This document shows, piece after piece, positions 15,288-25,053 of a stretch of DNA of 32,000 bases. How positions within the stretch are numbered: the first letter of the stretch is position 1; each line of letters begins with the position of its first letter. The notes under the pieces are model-generated. The model did not search any database, had not been told where the DNA came from, and worked only from the letters and a program-made list of their open reading frames with translations. This DNA comes from Nostoc punctiforme PCC 73102 (GTDB lineage Bacteria; Cyanobacteriota; Cyanobacteriia; Cyanobacteriales; Nostocaceae). The DNA lies in contig NC_010628.1 of the NCBI RefSeq assembly GCF_000020025.1, positions 7,170,001-7,202,000 on the forward strand, written 5' to 3'. The position numbers were made by a program, and so were the translations under genes.

Positions 15288-16073
15288 TCAATAATTAGGT
15301 TGCGTTATCTGATCTTGCAAAAAGCGAATTTCACGATCGGTGAGGGAACGATATTTACCCTCTGACAATAAGGGTTCTTTTGGAGTTTGTAATTGAATTG
15401 GGCCGATAGCAGTTCGATGCAGCTTGATTACTGGGTATCCTAACTGTTGAGCTATCCGGCGGATTTGGCGATTTCTTCCCTCCTGCAACACTATTTCTAA
15501 AAAGCTTTGTTCGGCACGATGTTCTATTAGGTGTACCTCAGCGGCCCTGGTTTTTCTACCCTCTAACACCACACCCTCACGCCACATTTGCAGTACTACT
15601 TCTGGGGGATGTCCTTTGACCAAAACACGATATGTTTTGGAAATGCTGTGGCGGGGATGGGTTAGTCCAAATGTCAGATTTCCGTCATTTGTCAGGATTA
15701 ATGCTCCTGTAGAGTCTGCATCTAAACGCCCAACTGGGTGAATACCTGAACCCTCCCGTAATTCTTTCGGTAGTAAATCCAGGACTGTTTTTCTTCGGTG
15801 AGGGTCGTAGCAAGTCGAAACCACTCCCGCAGGTTTATGTAGCAATAGATATATTAAAGCCGGACGCTGCTTTTCGGATAAAGTTTTACCATCAATGGCG
15901 ATCGCATCTTTTTGGGGATCAACCTTTTGACCTAAATGTGCCAATTTCCCATTGATTTGCACCCGTGAGTGCCTAATCATTTCTTCAGCTTCACGACGTG
16001 AGGCGATGCCCCATTGAGCAAGAATTTTTTGTAACCGTTCCTCCATCTGGAATTGCTGATTTACTGTTAACAA
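15288..16073 (-). CDS. rRNA pseudouridine synthase, RsuA/RluB/RluF family
   Basis: An S4 domain (RLQKILAQWGIASRREAEEMI) and the catalytic motif HPVGRLDADSTGALILTNDG. The true start may be the internal MEERLQK (nt 16046). Confidence 0.85.
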   Translation of the reverse strand: MLTVNQQFQMEERLQKILAQWGIASRREAEEMIRHSRVQINGKLAHLGQKVDPQKDAIAIDGKTLSEKQRPALIYLLLHKPAGVVSTCYDPHRRKTVLDLLPKELREGSGIHPVGRLDADSTGALILTNDGNLTFGLTHPRHSISKTYRVLVKGHPPEVVLQMWREGVVLEGRKTRAAEVHLIEHRAEQSFLEIVLQEGRNRQIRRIAQQLGYPVIKLHRTAIGPIQLQTPKEPLLSEGKYRSLTDREIRFLQDQITQPNY

Positions 16074-16179
16074 TTAAATGATATTTGCATTTTGTAGCGA
16101 GTAGGCATAAATGTTACATTTAAGACTTGTTTAATTTCTGTCCAGTTGTTGAGCAAATACTCATAAACAGATTGCTTAG

Positions 16180-16896
16180 ATGCCAGAGTACAATTCTCAA
16201 ACTACAAATGCAAATAAAACCCGCATAATTACGCAGATACTCACAAAAGCCCTAAAGCTCTGGTTAAGAGCGCAAGTGAGCCAAATCTCAGAATTAGAAG
16301 TGGAGATTAAAGCAAGCGATCGCCAACTTCTCTCTGGGCGTATCCCCTTGGTATCTATTTTTGCTAGTCATGCAGTTTATCAAGGTCTCCTAATTACACA
16401 AATTCAATTAACGGCAGAAAATATTCAGATAAACATTGGTTCCGTACTTAAGGGAAAGCCATTACAACTGTTAGAAAGAGTATCAGTGGTTGGTGATTTG
16501 ATCGTAGACGAGAATGATTTGAATGCTTCTCTCTCATCTGACTTATTATCAACTGCTTTGAGCGATTTGCTGGTTAAGGTTTTACCAACACATTTCCCTA
16601 AGTCACAACCAATAAACTGGCAAGAAATTATCCTTGATAACAATCAAATTATACTGCGAGGCTTGAGAGTAACCAATACTGAAACAATGCCTCTAGAGAT
16701 TTGTCTGGGCGGCTTACAGTTACTTAGTGGACATGAGTTGCAACTGACACAAATAAAAATCAAGCCCCACGAGGGAGATATATTAGACGACAATCATGAG
16801 CACAATCTGGATCTTGGCTCAGATGTCGATATCCAAGAACTAACGTTGATCCCAGGCAAACTGGTGTGTCGAGGGCAGATTAACGTTAATCCTTGA
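16180..16896 (+). CDS. Hypothetical protein, DUF2993 (LmeA-like) type
   Basis: 238-aa ORF with the repeated-beta pattern seen in cyanobacterial DUF2993 proteins. The family assignment is from memory only. Confidence 0.45.
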   Translation: MPEYNSQTTNANKTRIITQILTKALKLWLRAQVSQISELEVEIKASDRQLLSGRIPLVSIFASHAVYQGLLITQIQLTAENIQINIGSVLKGKPLQLLERVSVVGDLIVDENDLNASLSSDLLSTALSDLLVKVLPTHFPKSQPINWQEIILDNNQIILRGLRVTNTETMPLEICLGGLQLLSGHELQLTQIKIKPHEGDILDDNHEHNLDLGSDVDIQELTLIPGKLVCRGQINVNP

Positions 16897-17132
16897 TCGT
16901 GAAAAATTAAAAAATAGTAATATGCCATTTTAAATAACGTAGTGCCTCTCAGGGGATGAGGAGAACAAGAGCAAAAGGGTTAGGGGACTCAAACCTAGGG
17001 TAAAATCCCTATACATAAGTGATACATCAATGTAGGGGACTGAAACCCTTGCAGAAGGACTAATAGCATCATCTTTTCCCCTGTCTCCCCTGCTCCCTTC
17101 CCCCTGCCTCTTTTTAACTCACCCCAAAAGCT

Positions 17133-18014
17133 CTATAGTAGCGGCAACAGTAGTGTCACAAAATAATAAACCAAAGGTGCTGTGAAAATATAACTATCAG
17201 TACGGTCTAAAATACCACCGTGACCGGGAATTAACTGTCCAGAATCTTTGACTCCAGCATCCCGCTTGAGCATAGACTCGGTAAGATCCCCTAAAAGACT
17301 AGCAATGCCAATCAACAAACCCAATGCTAAACCAGTCAACAAGGATCTGGGCAAGTGGAGATAATAGGCTCCTGCTATGGCTACAGCAACACTTGAAGTA
17401 ATGCCAAATACAGCACCTTCTACAGTTTTCTTGGGGCTAATCTCAGACAGACGGGTTTTCCCAAAGAATTTGCCAATGGTGTAAGCACCAATATCAGCTG
17501 CCCAAATACACAAAAAAGTCAGCATTGTTGCTGTAAAACCTTGTGGTAAAGAAGCATAACTTGCCTTTTCCCAGAAGTCTGCCCAGGTTGTAGGCCAGTA
17601 ACCCCCTAAAGGTAGATTGCTAAAAACGGCACTATCAATTGCTCGTAATCGTACCCAGTAACTCGGCAAATAACCTACGTAAAATAGCCCCATTATAGAA
17701 GCAGAAACATCGGCGATCGTGGCAAATTTGGGCTGAAATAACAGGTAAAAACAGATAAGTGTGCCAGCTAAGGGCATCACAGCGTCAGCTAAACTGCCAT
17801 CAATAGTACAAATTACTAGCAAAAATAGGCTGACAGCCATAGTGGTTTTAGCGGCGGGAGCGATGCCTCTGGCTCGCACCAAATTAAAATATTCCTGTTG
17901 ACCCAAAAAGATGACAACCGCAAACATGATGGTAAAGTACCAGCCACCCAAAAGGGTAACAGAAAGAGCAAGAGCGATCGCAACAATTCCACTAATAATC
18001 CGAGACCAAGGCAT
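17133..18014 (-). CDS. cdsA: Phosphatidate cytidylyltransferase (CDP-diglyceride synthase)
   Basis: Signature SMLKRDAGVKDSGQLIPGHGGILDRTDS and multi-TM topology. I place the start at MPWSRIISG (nt 18014), because the upstream 21 codons of the ORF are encoded by the heptamer repeat. Confidence 0.88.
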   Translation of the reverse strand: MPWSRIISGIVAIALALSVTLLGGWYFTIMFAVVIFLGQQEYFNLVRARGIAPAAKTTMAVSLFLLVICTIDGSLADAVMPLAGTLICFYLLFQPKFATIADVSASIMGLFYVGYLPSYWVRLRAIDSAVFSNLPLGGYWPTTWADFWEKASYASLPQGFTATMLTFLCIWAADIGAYTIGKFFGKTRLSEISPKKTVEGAVFGITSSVAVAIAGAYYLHLPRSLLTGLALGLLIGIASLLGDLTESMLKRDAGVKDSGQLIPGHGGILDRTDSYIFTAPLVYYFVTLLLPLL

Positions 18015-18209
18015 AGAAGTATTAAATATTGGGCATTGGGAATTGGGTATTGGGCATAGGGTATTAGGTATTGGCATTGGACATTAATTAATCAGTTATT
18101 CTTTCTTCCGCTGCTTCCCCTGCTTCCTCATATTTGTTTTCCCCCTTCTGTCTATTGCCGCCTCTTCCAATGCCCCATTCCCCATTCCCCATTCCCCATT
18201 CTCCATTCT
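18015..18209. repeat. Inverted heptamer arrays filling the whole cbiT-cdsA spacer
   Basis: (T/C/A)ATTGGG-type heptamers lie at ~18027-18086 and CCCCATT heptamers at ~18167-18206. The two arrays are mutually complementary. Confidence 0.85.
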
Positions 18210-18824
18210 CTAATCCAGTTTCTCACCACTGAGGATAAAAATGGGATCAACGGCAGTAAAGGTTTGAGAAAAGCCGCGCGTCTCTAAGCGGTTAACCGCA
18301 GATTGAACAACTTCGATATTTCTAGCCCTTAACAGAGAAAAGCTTTGAGAAATAGCATACAGACTTTCTAGATTAGCAGCTGTAGCTACAACCCGACCGG
18401 ATGGTGGCAAATAATGCCATGCTGCTTGCAGAATATCCTGGATAGGTCTTCCTCCCTCAATACAAACGCGGTGAGGAGCAACTTTGAGGTCATGTAAACA
18501 CTCTGGGGCACTACCTTCAATAACTTCGACGTTTTTAACTTCAAAGCGCTCGCAGTTGCGCTTGATCAGATTAGCTACTTCTTCATCCCTTTCTATAGCA
18601 ATAATTTGACCCTTTGGACACAATAGCCCCACTTCTACGGGGATTGTACCTGTCCCTGCACCAATATCCCACAATACAGAATCTGATGTTAGTCGCAGTT
18701 GGGCAATTAACAGTAGCCGGACTTCTCGCTGACTCAGGGGAATTCCTGGCAAATGCTCGAACAGTTCATCAGGAATACCAGGGGTAATATAAGGCCAAAG
18801 TTGGGAGGGCATAGAATTACGCAA
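18210..18824 (-). CDS. cbiT: Precorrin-6Y / cobalt-precorrin-6B C15-methyltransferase (decarboxylating) subunit
   Basis: ~200 aa. The N-terminus is LWPYITPGIPDELFEHLPGIPLSQREVRLL and the SAM-binding motif is VLWDIGAGTGTIPVE. Confidence 0.8.
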   Translation of the reverse strand: MRNSMPSQLWPYITPGIPDELFEHLPGIPLSQREVRLLLIAQLRLTSDSVLWDIGAGTGTIPVEVGLLCPKGQIIAIERDEEVANLIKRNCERFEVKNVEVIEGSAPECLHDLKVAPHRVCIEGGRPIQDILQAAWHYLPPSGRVVATAANLESLYAISQSFSLLRARNIEVVQSAVNRLETRGFSQTFTAVDPIFILSGEKLD

Positions 18825-18907
18825 TTATACTAAAGATATGGATTTGCCGAAATTGAAAAGTCATAAGCTATAAAAACTTTTCAAACGTAGCATTATAAGA
18901 AACCATA

Positions 18908-20311
18908 ATGATTGGTGAAATATTAGGCGAACGCTATCAAGTTCAGCAGCTATTAGGCAAAAAAGCAGGGCGACGGACGCTTGTAGCTCGTGATTGGAAC
19001 ACTCAGGAATTAGTTGTTATTAAGTTACTCTCTTTTAGTAGTGACTTTGAATGGGATTCACTCAAGCTGTTTGAGCGAGAAGCTGAAACTCTAAAATCTT
19101 TGTCACATCCCTTAATACCTCGCTATTTAGACTATTTTGAGGTAAATTCACCCACCATCAAAGGATTTGCCCTAGTACAAAGTTATATCCCAGCAAAAAC
19201 TTTAGAGCAATACGTCCAATCTGGCCGGACTTTTACCGAAGTAGAAGTCAAAGAGATAGCCAAAGCACTTTTAGAAATTCTCATTTATCTACATGGGTTA
19301 TATCCGCCTGTTATCCATCGTGATATTAAGCCTAGCAATATTTTATTGGGAGAGCGTTCTGGTAACAGTGTTGGTAAAGTTTACCTAGTAGATTTTGGCT
19401 CGGTGCAAACTGTTCTTGCTACAGAAGGTGGAACTAGGACTGTGGTGGGAAGCTATGGGTATATGCCACAGGAGCAATTTGGCGGACGCACGGTTCCGGC
19501 TTCCGATCTTTATAGCTTAGGTGCAACTTTAATTTATTTAGTGACGGGTACTCATCCAGCCGATTTACCCCAAAAAGATTTTCGTATTCAGTTTGAACAG
19601 GTGGCTAATGTGAGTCCTGAATTGACTCGCTGGTTGCAGCAAATGACTCAACCCAGTCTAGAGAGGCGTTTTAGTTCTGCTGCTGGTGCGCTCGCAGCTT
19701 TAGACAAATCACAAACGACAAACTTGCCTACTTTGGTTGTAGGTAAACCAGATGGGAGTAAGATTCAATTAACCAAAAATGGGGATTCTCTAGAAATTAT
19801 CGTTCCACCATCTGGTTTTGATCCATCAATAATATTCACAGGTTTATTTGCGATCGTCTGGAATTCATTTATCCTCTTTTGGACAATTGGCGCACTCTCT
19901 ATTCCTTTTCCTGTCAACATCCCCTTTGCTTTGTTCTCACTTCCTTTTTGGGGTGCTGGCTTTCTCATGGTGTATAAACTTCTCTTTCATTTATGTGGAC
20001 GCATCTGCTTACGCCTGAATGCAGAACAAATTACCCTAAGTTGGGAGTTGTTTAGTTGGAAATTTTATCGCCCCCGTGCATCGTCAAGGCAAAGTATTAA
20101 TAAGTTAGTTTACATTCCCAAACATTTTACTAAAAATTCTGATGGCACTAGAATTGCCGTTCCAGCAGAATTATATATTTGCTCAGGAGTACAAAAATAT
20201 CAGCTTGGTGGAAACGATATCGGTATTAAATCCGAAGTAGAACTTGAATGGTTAGCTCATGAATTAAGTGATTGGTTGGGTTTGCCAATTACCAAGCCAA
20301 TGGGAAGTTAG
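18908..20311 (+). CDS. Membrane-anchored Ser/Thr protein kinase
   Basis: Hanks-type kinase: VIKLL (Lys), catalytic loop HRDIKPSNILL, and DFG. Hydrophobic segments follow at ~aa 305-360, then a C-terminal domain of unknown function. Confidence 0.9.
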   Translation: MIGEILGERYQVQQLLGKKAGRRTLVARDWNTQELVVIKLLSFSSDFEWDSLKLFEREAETLKSLSHPLIPRYLDYFEVNSPTIKGFALVQSYIPAKTLEQYVQSGRTFTEVEVKEIAKALLEILIYLHGLYPPVIHRDIKPSNILLGERSGNSVGKVYLVDFGSVQTVLATEGGTRTVVGSYGYMPQEQFGGRTVPASDLYSLGATLIYLVTGTHPADLPQKDFRIQFEQVANVSPELTRWLQQMTQPSLERRFSSAAGALAALDKSQTTNLPTLVVGKPDGSKIQLTKNGDSLEIIVPPSGFDPSIIFTGLFAIVWNSFILFWTIGALSIPFPVNIPFALFSLPFWGAGFLMVYKLLFHLCGRICLRLNAEQITLSWELFSWKFYRPRASSRQSINKLVYIPKHFTKNSDGTRIAVPAELYICSGVQKYQLGGNDIGIKSEVELEWLAHELSDWLGLPITKPMGS

Positions 20312-20500
20312 TCGAGCTAGCGATCGCTTTGTTCAATGTGTCCAATTTTGCTTCAACCATACTTGACCTAAATTCATTAATTTCTACTCCTACTCGGTAG
20401 CCAAAACTACGGGGTAAATCTCGCGATTGAAAGACTGGTGAACAACACCAACGTAAAATTCGCTATCCTATTGACTAACTTAATTTCCAAATAATTCACC

Positions 20501-21547
20501 ATGTCAATATATAGATGGGATAAAAAATATTGGCTTCTACTTATGCCCCTGGTTTTTGCGGGTTTGTTAATACATATTAAATTCTGGCTAACGCCTCCCG
20601 ATTCTTTAAAGGGGGATGATATTTACTTTATTTGGTTGGAAGGCAAGAGGATTATTGCTGGAGAAAATCCTTATGCTAGGGTTTTGTTAGGTGACATGAG
20701 GGTCAATGATAAATATGCAACTTATTTCCCACTTGCCTACCTTTTCTCTGCGCTAGTTCAAAAGCTTGGTTTCCGAGATTTTCGTGATTGGTTATATTTG
20801 TGGCGACCTATTTCTTTTGCCTTCCATATTGGTATCGTTGCCTTAACATTGAGATATTTCCAGATACGAGGTTTATGGATACTTGGCTTTGTAGCCTCTA
20901 CAATTCTTTTATTAGGTCGCTGGAGTATCTATATAGTACGTGTTCACCATCTGGAATTTGCAGCGATATTTTTTTTACTATTGTCTTTAGTCCTTTTGAA
21001 AGAGAAGACTAAACTTTCTTTACTTATGTTTAGTATCTCTTTGGGAATTAAACAGATTGCAATATTCCTGCTGCCTTTGTATCTCATCTACTTATGGAAA
21101 AATGGAGTAGGAAATAAGCGGGGTAAAAATTTAGTTTGGGGATTTTTTATTATTTTAAGCATTCCTCTTTTAACATCATTACCTTTTCTGATTTGGAATG
21201 CTGAAGGCTTCTTCAAATCCATCTTGTTTTCTGCAACACGTTTAGAAAGTTTGCATATAGGGGCTGCACCCTCTGTAGATGTTATTTTTTCTAATAAATT
21301 CACCTGGATTGTAGGATTAAGAGCCAAGTTTCTCATGCTATTTCTGATGGGAATGCTTTACCTAAGTTTCCTGAAAGAAAAGGTGAGTATGTTTGTATCT
21401 TCCACAATAATTATGATGATATTTTTGTATTTTAATTCAGTATTATTCTTACAATATTTCTTATGGGCTCTATGTATCATTCCCTTCGCCTTGGTTGAAT
21501 TGATACCTTTAGATTCTAAGCAAAAGAAAGATAAGCTTATCTTTTAA
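20501..21547 (+). CDS. Polytopic membrane protein, possibly a GT-C fold glycosyltransferase (DUF2029/GT87-like)
   Basis: 348 aa with ~9-10 hydrophobic segments and an early-loop motif GENPY..YATYFPLAY reminiscent of DUF2029-type proteins. The sequence is visibly more AT-rich than its neighbours. Confidence 0.4.
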   Translation: MSIYRWDKKYWLLLMPLVFAGLLIHIKFWLTPPDSLKGDDIYFIWLEGKRIIAGENPYARVLLGDMRVNDKYATYFPLAYLFSALVQKLGFRDFRDWLYLWRPISFAFHIGIVALTLRYFQIRGLWILGFVASTILLLGRWSIYIVRVHHLEFAAIFFLLLSLVLLKEKTKLSLLMFSISLGIKQIAIFLLPLYLIYLWKNGVGNKRGKNLVWGFFIILSIPLLTSLPFLIWNAEGFFKSILFSATRLESLHIGAAPSVDVIFSNKFTWIVGLRAKFLMLFLMGMLYLSFLKEKVSMFVSSTIIMMIFLYFNSVLFLQYFLWALCIIPFALVELIPLDSKQKKDKLIF

Positions 21548-21635
21548 CTTCAAAAATAATAGGAAGCTTTACGCAGTTTCTCTGTCCTCACGCGCAACCC
21601 CTAGCGTAATCTTCCCTGATTCAATGGAAATGACT

Positions 21636-21785
21636 ATAAGAGAACGAACCGCATACTCCTACGGTGAAGCAAGCTACGCGCAGTGTCTCGTTAGAGAAGG
21701 ACGCATAGACACGTTCGCGGAGCGTCTCATAGAGAAGTGGCTTCCCGAAGGGTAGAGCGCAGAGGAAGAAGGAAAGAAGAGAAAT
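21636..21785. repeat. Third (inverted) copy of the ~86-bp repeat, carrying a nested ~100-bp insert
   Basis: TAAGAGAACGAACCGC (21637-21652) and GAGCGCAGAGGAAGAAGGAAAGAAGAGAAAT (~21755-21785) match the two halves of the reverse complement of 12044-12129. They are separated by an insert holding two TCTC-NTA-GAGA mini-hairpins. Confidence 0.7.
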
Positions 21786-21965
21786 TTAAATTTGATAGGC
21801 GAATCAAATTTAATGGGACAGACCACTAGAGCAACAAGCGGGGTCAATCGTTGCTTGAACTATTCCCCTTACTCCCTACTTCCTTACCTCTTGTTTGCCC
21901 CTAAATCATCAGATTTGAGCCATCAATGTCTATATTTAATTAGAGATGCCTTAGAGGAAATTTAT

Positions 21966-22139
21966 ATGTTTGGACTAGGATGGCCAGAAATCGCTGTAAT
22001 TACCATAGTCGCTATTCTAATTTTTGGCCCTAAAAAAATTCCCGAATTGGGCACTGCACTAGGCAAAACCCTACGAGGTTTTAAGGAGGAGATGAAAACC
22101 CCCAGTGATGAAACTAATTCAGAAGAAGAAAAACAATAG
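21966..22139 (+). CDS. tatA: Twin-arginine translocase subunit TatA/E
   Basis: 57 aa: MFGLGWPEIAVITIVAILIFGPKKIPELGTALGKTLRGFKEE... This is the canonical TatA TM helix plus amphipathic helix. Confidence 0.85.
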   Translation: MFGLGWPEIAVITIVAILIFGPKKIPELGTALGKTLRGFKEEMKTPSDETNSEEEKQ

Positions 22140-22203
22140 TCAATAGTCAAGAGTCAAGGCTGAAAAACTTTGAAATGCTGAACTTGAGACTCTTGACTGT
22201 TGA

Positions 22204-24909
22204 CTACAGTAGTGTGTTGACTACAGAAGAAGGTGCAATCCCATTTTGAGAATCAGCGATCGCTGTGCCAGTATTTTGTTGATGTGTCTCTTCCTTGGCT
22301 AAACCACGCAGCTTAATTAACTTAATAGCCCTAGTCACGCTTTCTGGTAGAATCACCACCAGGCTGTTATCAGGAGCCATGTCTAAGCCTTTATTAATCG
22401 CTTGGGTTTCATCCAAAATTGATTCATAGCGGCTATCAGGCTTCACTTGGGTAATGCCTTGAATAATTAATTGGGCGGCTGAACCCCGTAAACGTCCCCG
22501 TGTATCATCGTCTTCTTTGACAATGATGTAGTCAAAAATTTGTGCTGCTAATTTGCCCAAAGTAACAAAATCTTCGTCGCGGCGATCGCCCGGGCCACCA
22601 ATTACGCCAATCCGTTGTCCTGTAGTCCAGTTCCGTACAAAGGAACCTACAGCTTCATAACTAGCTGCGTTGTGAGCATAGTCTACTAAAGCGTGGTAGT
22701 TGCCTAAATTAAATAAATTCATTCGTCCCGGCGTTTGACTAACTGAAGCTCGGAAAGTCTTCAAACCAGAGCGAATCTGCTCAATCGTGACGTTTTGCAC
22801 GAATGCTGCCAAACTTGCAGCTAAAGCGTTGGCAATCATAAACGGCGCACGTCCGCCCATTGTTAAAGGTATATTTTCTGCTCTTTCTATCCGATGTGTC
22901 CAATCACCTTTAACAATTGACAAATAGCCGCTTTCATAGACTGCGGCTACTCCACCCTTTTGGATGTGCTTTCGCACCAATTCCGAGTCGGGATTCATGG
23001 TGAAGTAAGCAATATTAGCCTTAGTTTTTTCTGACATAGCGGCGACGCGATGATCGTCGGCGTTAAGTACCGCGTAGCCATCAGGGAATACGGCTTCCGC
23101 TACTACACTCTTGAGGTTAGCTAATTGCTCAATAGTCTCTATATCGCCTATTCCTAAGTGGTCGGCGGCTACATTTAATACCACTCCTACATTTGCGGCT
23201 TCAAAGCCCAATCCAGAGCGGAGAATGCCACCGCGGGCGGTTTCCAGTACTGCTACTTCTACTGTGGGATCTTGGAGAATGACATGGGCACTTTGTGGGC
23301 CTGTGTTATCGCCAGCTTCCACTAAGTAATCGCCGATGTATGTTCCATCGGTTGTAGTATATCCGACTACTTTACCAGTCTGTTTATAAATATGTGCTAA
23401 TAGCCGGGTAGTAGTGGTTTTGCCATTAGTACCAGTAACACTGAGGATAGGAATTTGGCTAGATTGTTCGTTAGGGAACAGCATATCCATCACTGCACCA
23501 GCGACGTTGCGGGGAATACCCACGCTTGGCGCAACGTGCATCCGGAAGCCGGGAGCGGCGTTAACTTCAACAATTACGCCATCGACTTCCCGCAGGGGAC
23601 GGCTAATATCCGTGGTGACGATATCGAGTCCGGCGATATCTAAACCGATAATCTTGACTACTCGTTGTGCCAACCACAGATTTTCTGGGTGAATTTCATC
23701 GGTACGATCTACGGCGCTACCACCTGTACTTAAGTTGGCTGTTGCCCTGAGATAACAAATAGTACCCTTGGGTGGAACGCTATTTAGGGTATAGCCTTGC
23801 CTTTCTAATAGTTGATAGCTGGTGCGATCTAGTTCAATTTTGGTCAGGACGTTATCATGTCCTTCACCGCGATTTGGATCGAGGTTTGTTTCCTCAATCA
23901 GTTCGGAGATGGTCGATCTGCCATTGCCAATGACGTGAGCTGGGACACGTTCAGCTACCGCGACTACTTTGCCATTTACCACTAGTACCCTGTGGTCACG
24001 CCCAACGTAATATCTTTCGACGATAATTGACCGGGAAACCTGTCTAGCGGCTTCATAGGCAGCTTCCGCTTCTTCCCAAGTTCTGATGTCAATGGTGATC
24101 CCACGTCCATGATTGCCATCCAGGGGCTTGACGACGATGGGATAGCCGCCAACGTATTCAATAGCTTGTTCCAAATCGTCTAAGAAGTTGATTACTGTGC
24201 CTCTGGGTACTGGCGCACCAGCCGCAGCCAGGATACGTTTTGTGGCTTCTTTGTCGCAAGCTAGTTCTACGCCCAGAATGCTGGTATTGTCAGTCATTGT
24301 GGCTTGCATCCGCTTCTGGTTCACGCCGTAGCCTAGCTGAATCAAAAAGCGGGCTTCCAGAGGCATCCAGGGAATACCTCTTTTTTCTGCTTCTTTGATG
24401 ATTGCTTCAGTAGAAGGGCCTAAAGAAGCATCACGGGTGAAGTCTTTCAGGTCTTGGATATCTTGCTCTAGTTCTGCCTTGGGATAACGGCCTCGATCGA
24501 CGATACTCTGGCACAGCCGCACTGCGGCTCGTCCGGCGTAGCGTCCCGCTTCCTCATTCTGGTATTCAATTACTACTTGATAAATTCCGGGTGTGGCAGT
24601 TTCGCGGGTGCGACCAAAGCCGACGTGCATACCAGCTAATTCCTGGAGTTCTAAGGCTACGTGTTCTACGATATGGCCGATCATCGTGCCTTCTTTGACT
24701 CGCATCAAAAAACCACCACGACAGCCAGGCGAACAATAATGACCCTCCAGACTCGGCAGCGCCTCAACTAGTCCTTCATAAAAGCCTGGGATTTCATTCG
24801 AGGGCGTCTCGGCAAGGGTTTCTAAATCGAGGCGCATGACGATCAGCTTGTGGCGTCGAATGCTCCAATAGTTTGGGCCGCGTAAGGTCTGGATCTTGAG
24901 GATTCTCAT
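22204..24909 (-). CDS. cphA: Cyanophycin synthetase
   Basis: The N-terminus MRILKIQTLRGPNYWS is typical. There is an ATP-grasp region and a Mur-ligase-like P-loop (VTGTNGKTTTTRL). It is ~900 aa and lies downstream of cphB. Confidence 0.96.
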   Translation of the reverse strand: MRILKIQTLRGPNYWSIRRHKLIVMRLDLETLAETPSNEIPGFYEGLVEALPSLEGHYCSPGCRGGFLMRVKEGTMIGHIVEHVALELQELAGMHVGFGRTRETATPGIYQVVIEYQNEEAGRYAGRAAVRLCQSIVDRGRYPKAELEQDIQDLKDFTRDASLGPSTEAIIKEAEKRGIPWMPLEARFLIQLGYGVNQKRMQATMTDNTSILGVELACDKEATKRILAAAGAPVPRGTVINFLDDLEQAIEYVGGYPIVVKPLDGNHGRGITIDIRTWEEAEAAYEAARQVSRSIIVERYYVGRDHRVLVVNGKVVAVAERVPAHVIGNGRSTISELIEETNLDPNRGEGHDNVLTKIELDRTSYQLLERQGYTLNSVPPKGTICYLRATANLSTGGSAVDRTDEIHPENLWLAQRVVKIIGLDIAGLDIVTTDISRPLREVDGVIVEVNAAPGFRMHVAPSVGIPRNVAGAVMDMLFPNEQSSQIPILSVTGTNGKTTTTRLLAHIYKQTGKVVGYTTTDGTYIGDYLVEAGDNTGPQSAHVILQDPTVEVAVLETARGGILRSGLGFEAANVGVVLNVAADHLGIGDIETIEQLANLKSVVAEAVFPDGYAVLNADDHRVAAMSEKTKANIAYFTMNPDSELVRKHIQKGGVAAVYESGYLSIVKGDWTHRIERAENIPLTMGGRAPFMIANALAASLAAFVQNVTIEQIRSGLKTFRASVSQTPGRMNLFNLGNYHALVDYAHNAASYEAVGSFVRNWTTGQRIGVIGGPGDRRDEDFVTLGKLAAQIFDYIIVKEDDDTRGRLRGSAAQLIIQGITQVKPDSRYESILDETQAINKGLDMAPDNSLVVILPESVTRAIKLIKLRGLAKEETHQQNTGTAIADSQNGIAPSSVVNTLL

Positions 24910-25053
24910 GGGAATAGGTAGATGGAGATTCGGAACCAAAATTCTAGTTTCTTACTGTAATTGACCGCTAAACTGTTCATTGCAAACAGTTTTTTCTTTT
25001 TACATAGTATTCTCATCATTTTTCTACAACAAGAAATAAATGTGCGATCAACC

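Noticed and set aside
16981-17047. Two 15-nt direct repeats, TAGGGGACTCAAACC (16981-16995) and TAGGGGACTGAAACC (17033-17047), that resemble the ends of cyanobacterial CRISPR repeats (..GGGACTGAAAC).
   Set aside because: There are only two copies, the period is 52 bp (too short for repeat plus spacer), there are no cas genes, and other short repeats surround them. This is at most a degenerate remnant or coincidental repeat.
18015-18077. An N-terminal extension of cdsA (MPIPNTLCPIPNSQCPIFNTS).
   Set aside because: It is encoded entirely by the heptamer array. The conserved CdsA body begins at MPWSRIISG.
21792-21965. A 58-codon N-terminal extension of the tatA ORF.
   Set aside because: TatA proteins start directly with the TM helix (MFGLG..). 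The extension has no signal or TM character and begins with a non-ATG start in a repeat-rich spacer.
23111-23692. Three plus-strand ORFs (62-92 aa) inside cphA.
   Set aside because: They are antisense to a strongly supported, conserved gene and show no independent signals.
24910-24939. The longer starts given by the ORF track for cphA (24939) and cphB (26235).
   Set aside because: The conserved N-termini begin at MRILKIQTLRGPNYW (24909) and MPQLQAK (26196, with GGAGA upstream). The extensions are unsupported.
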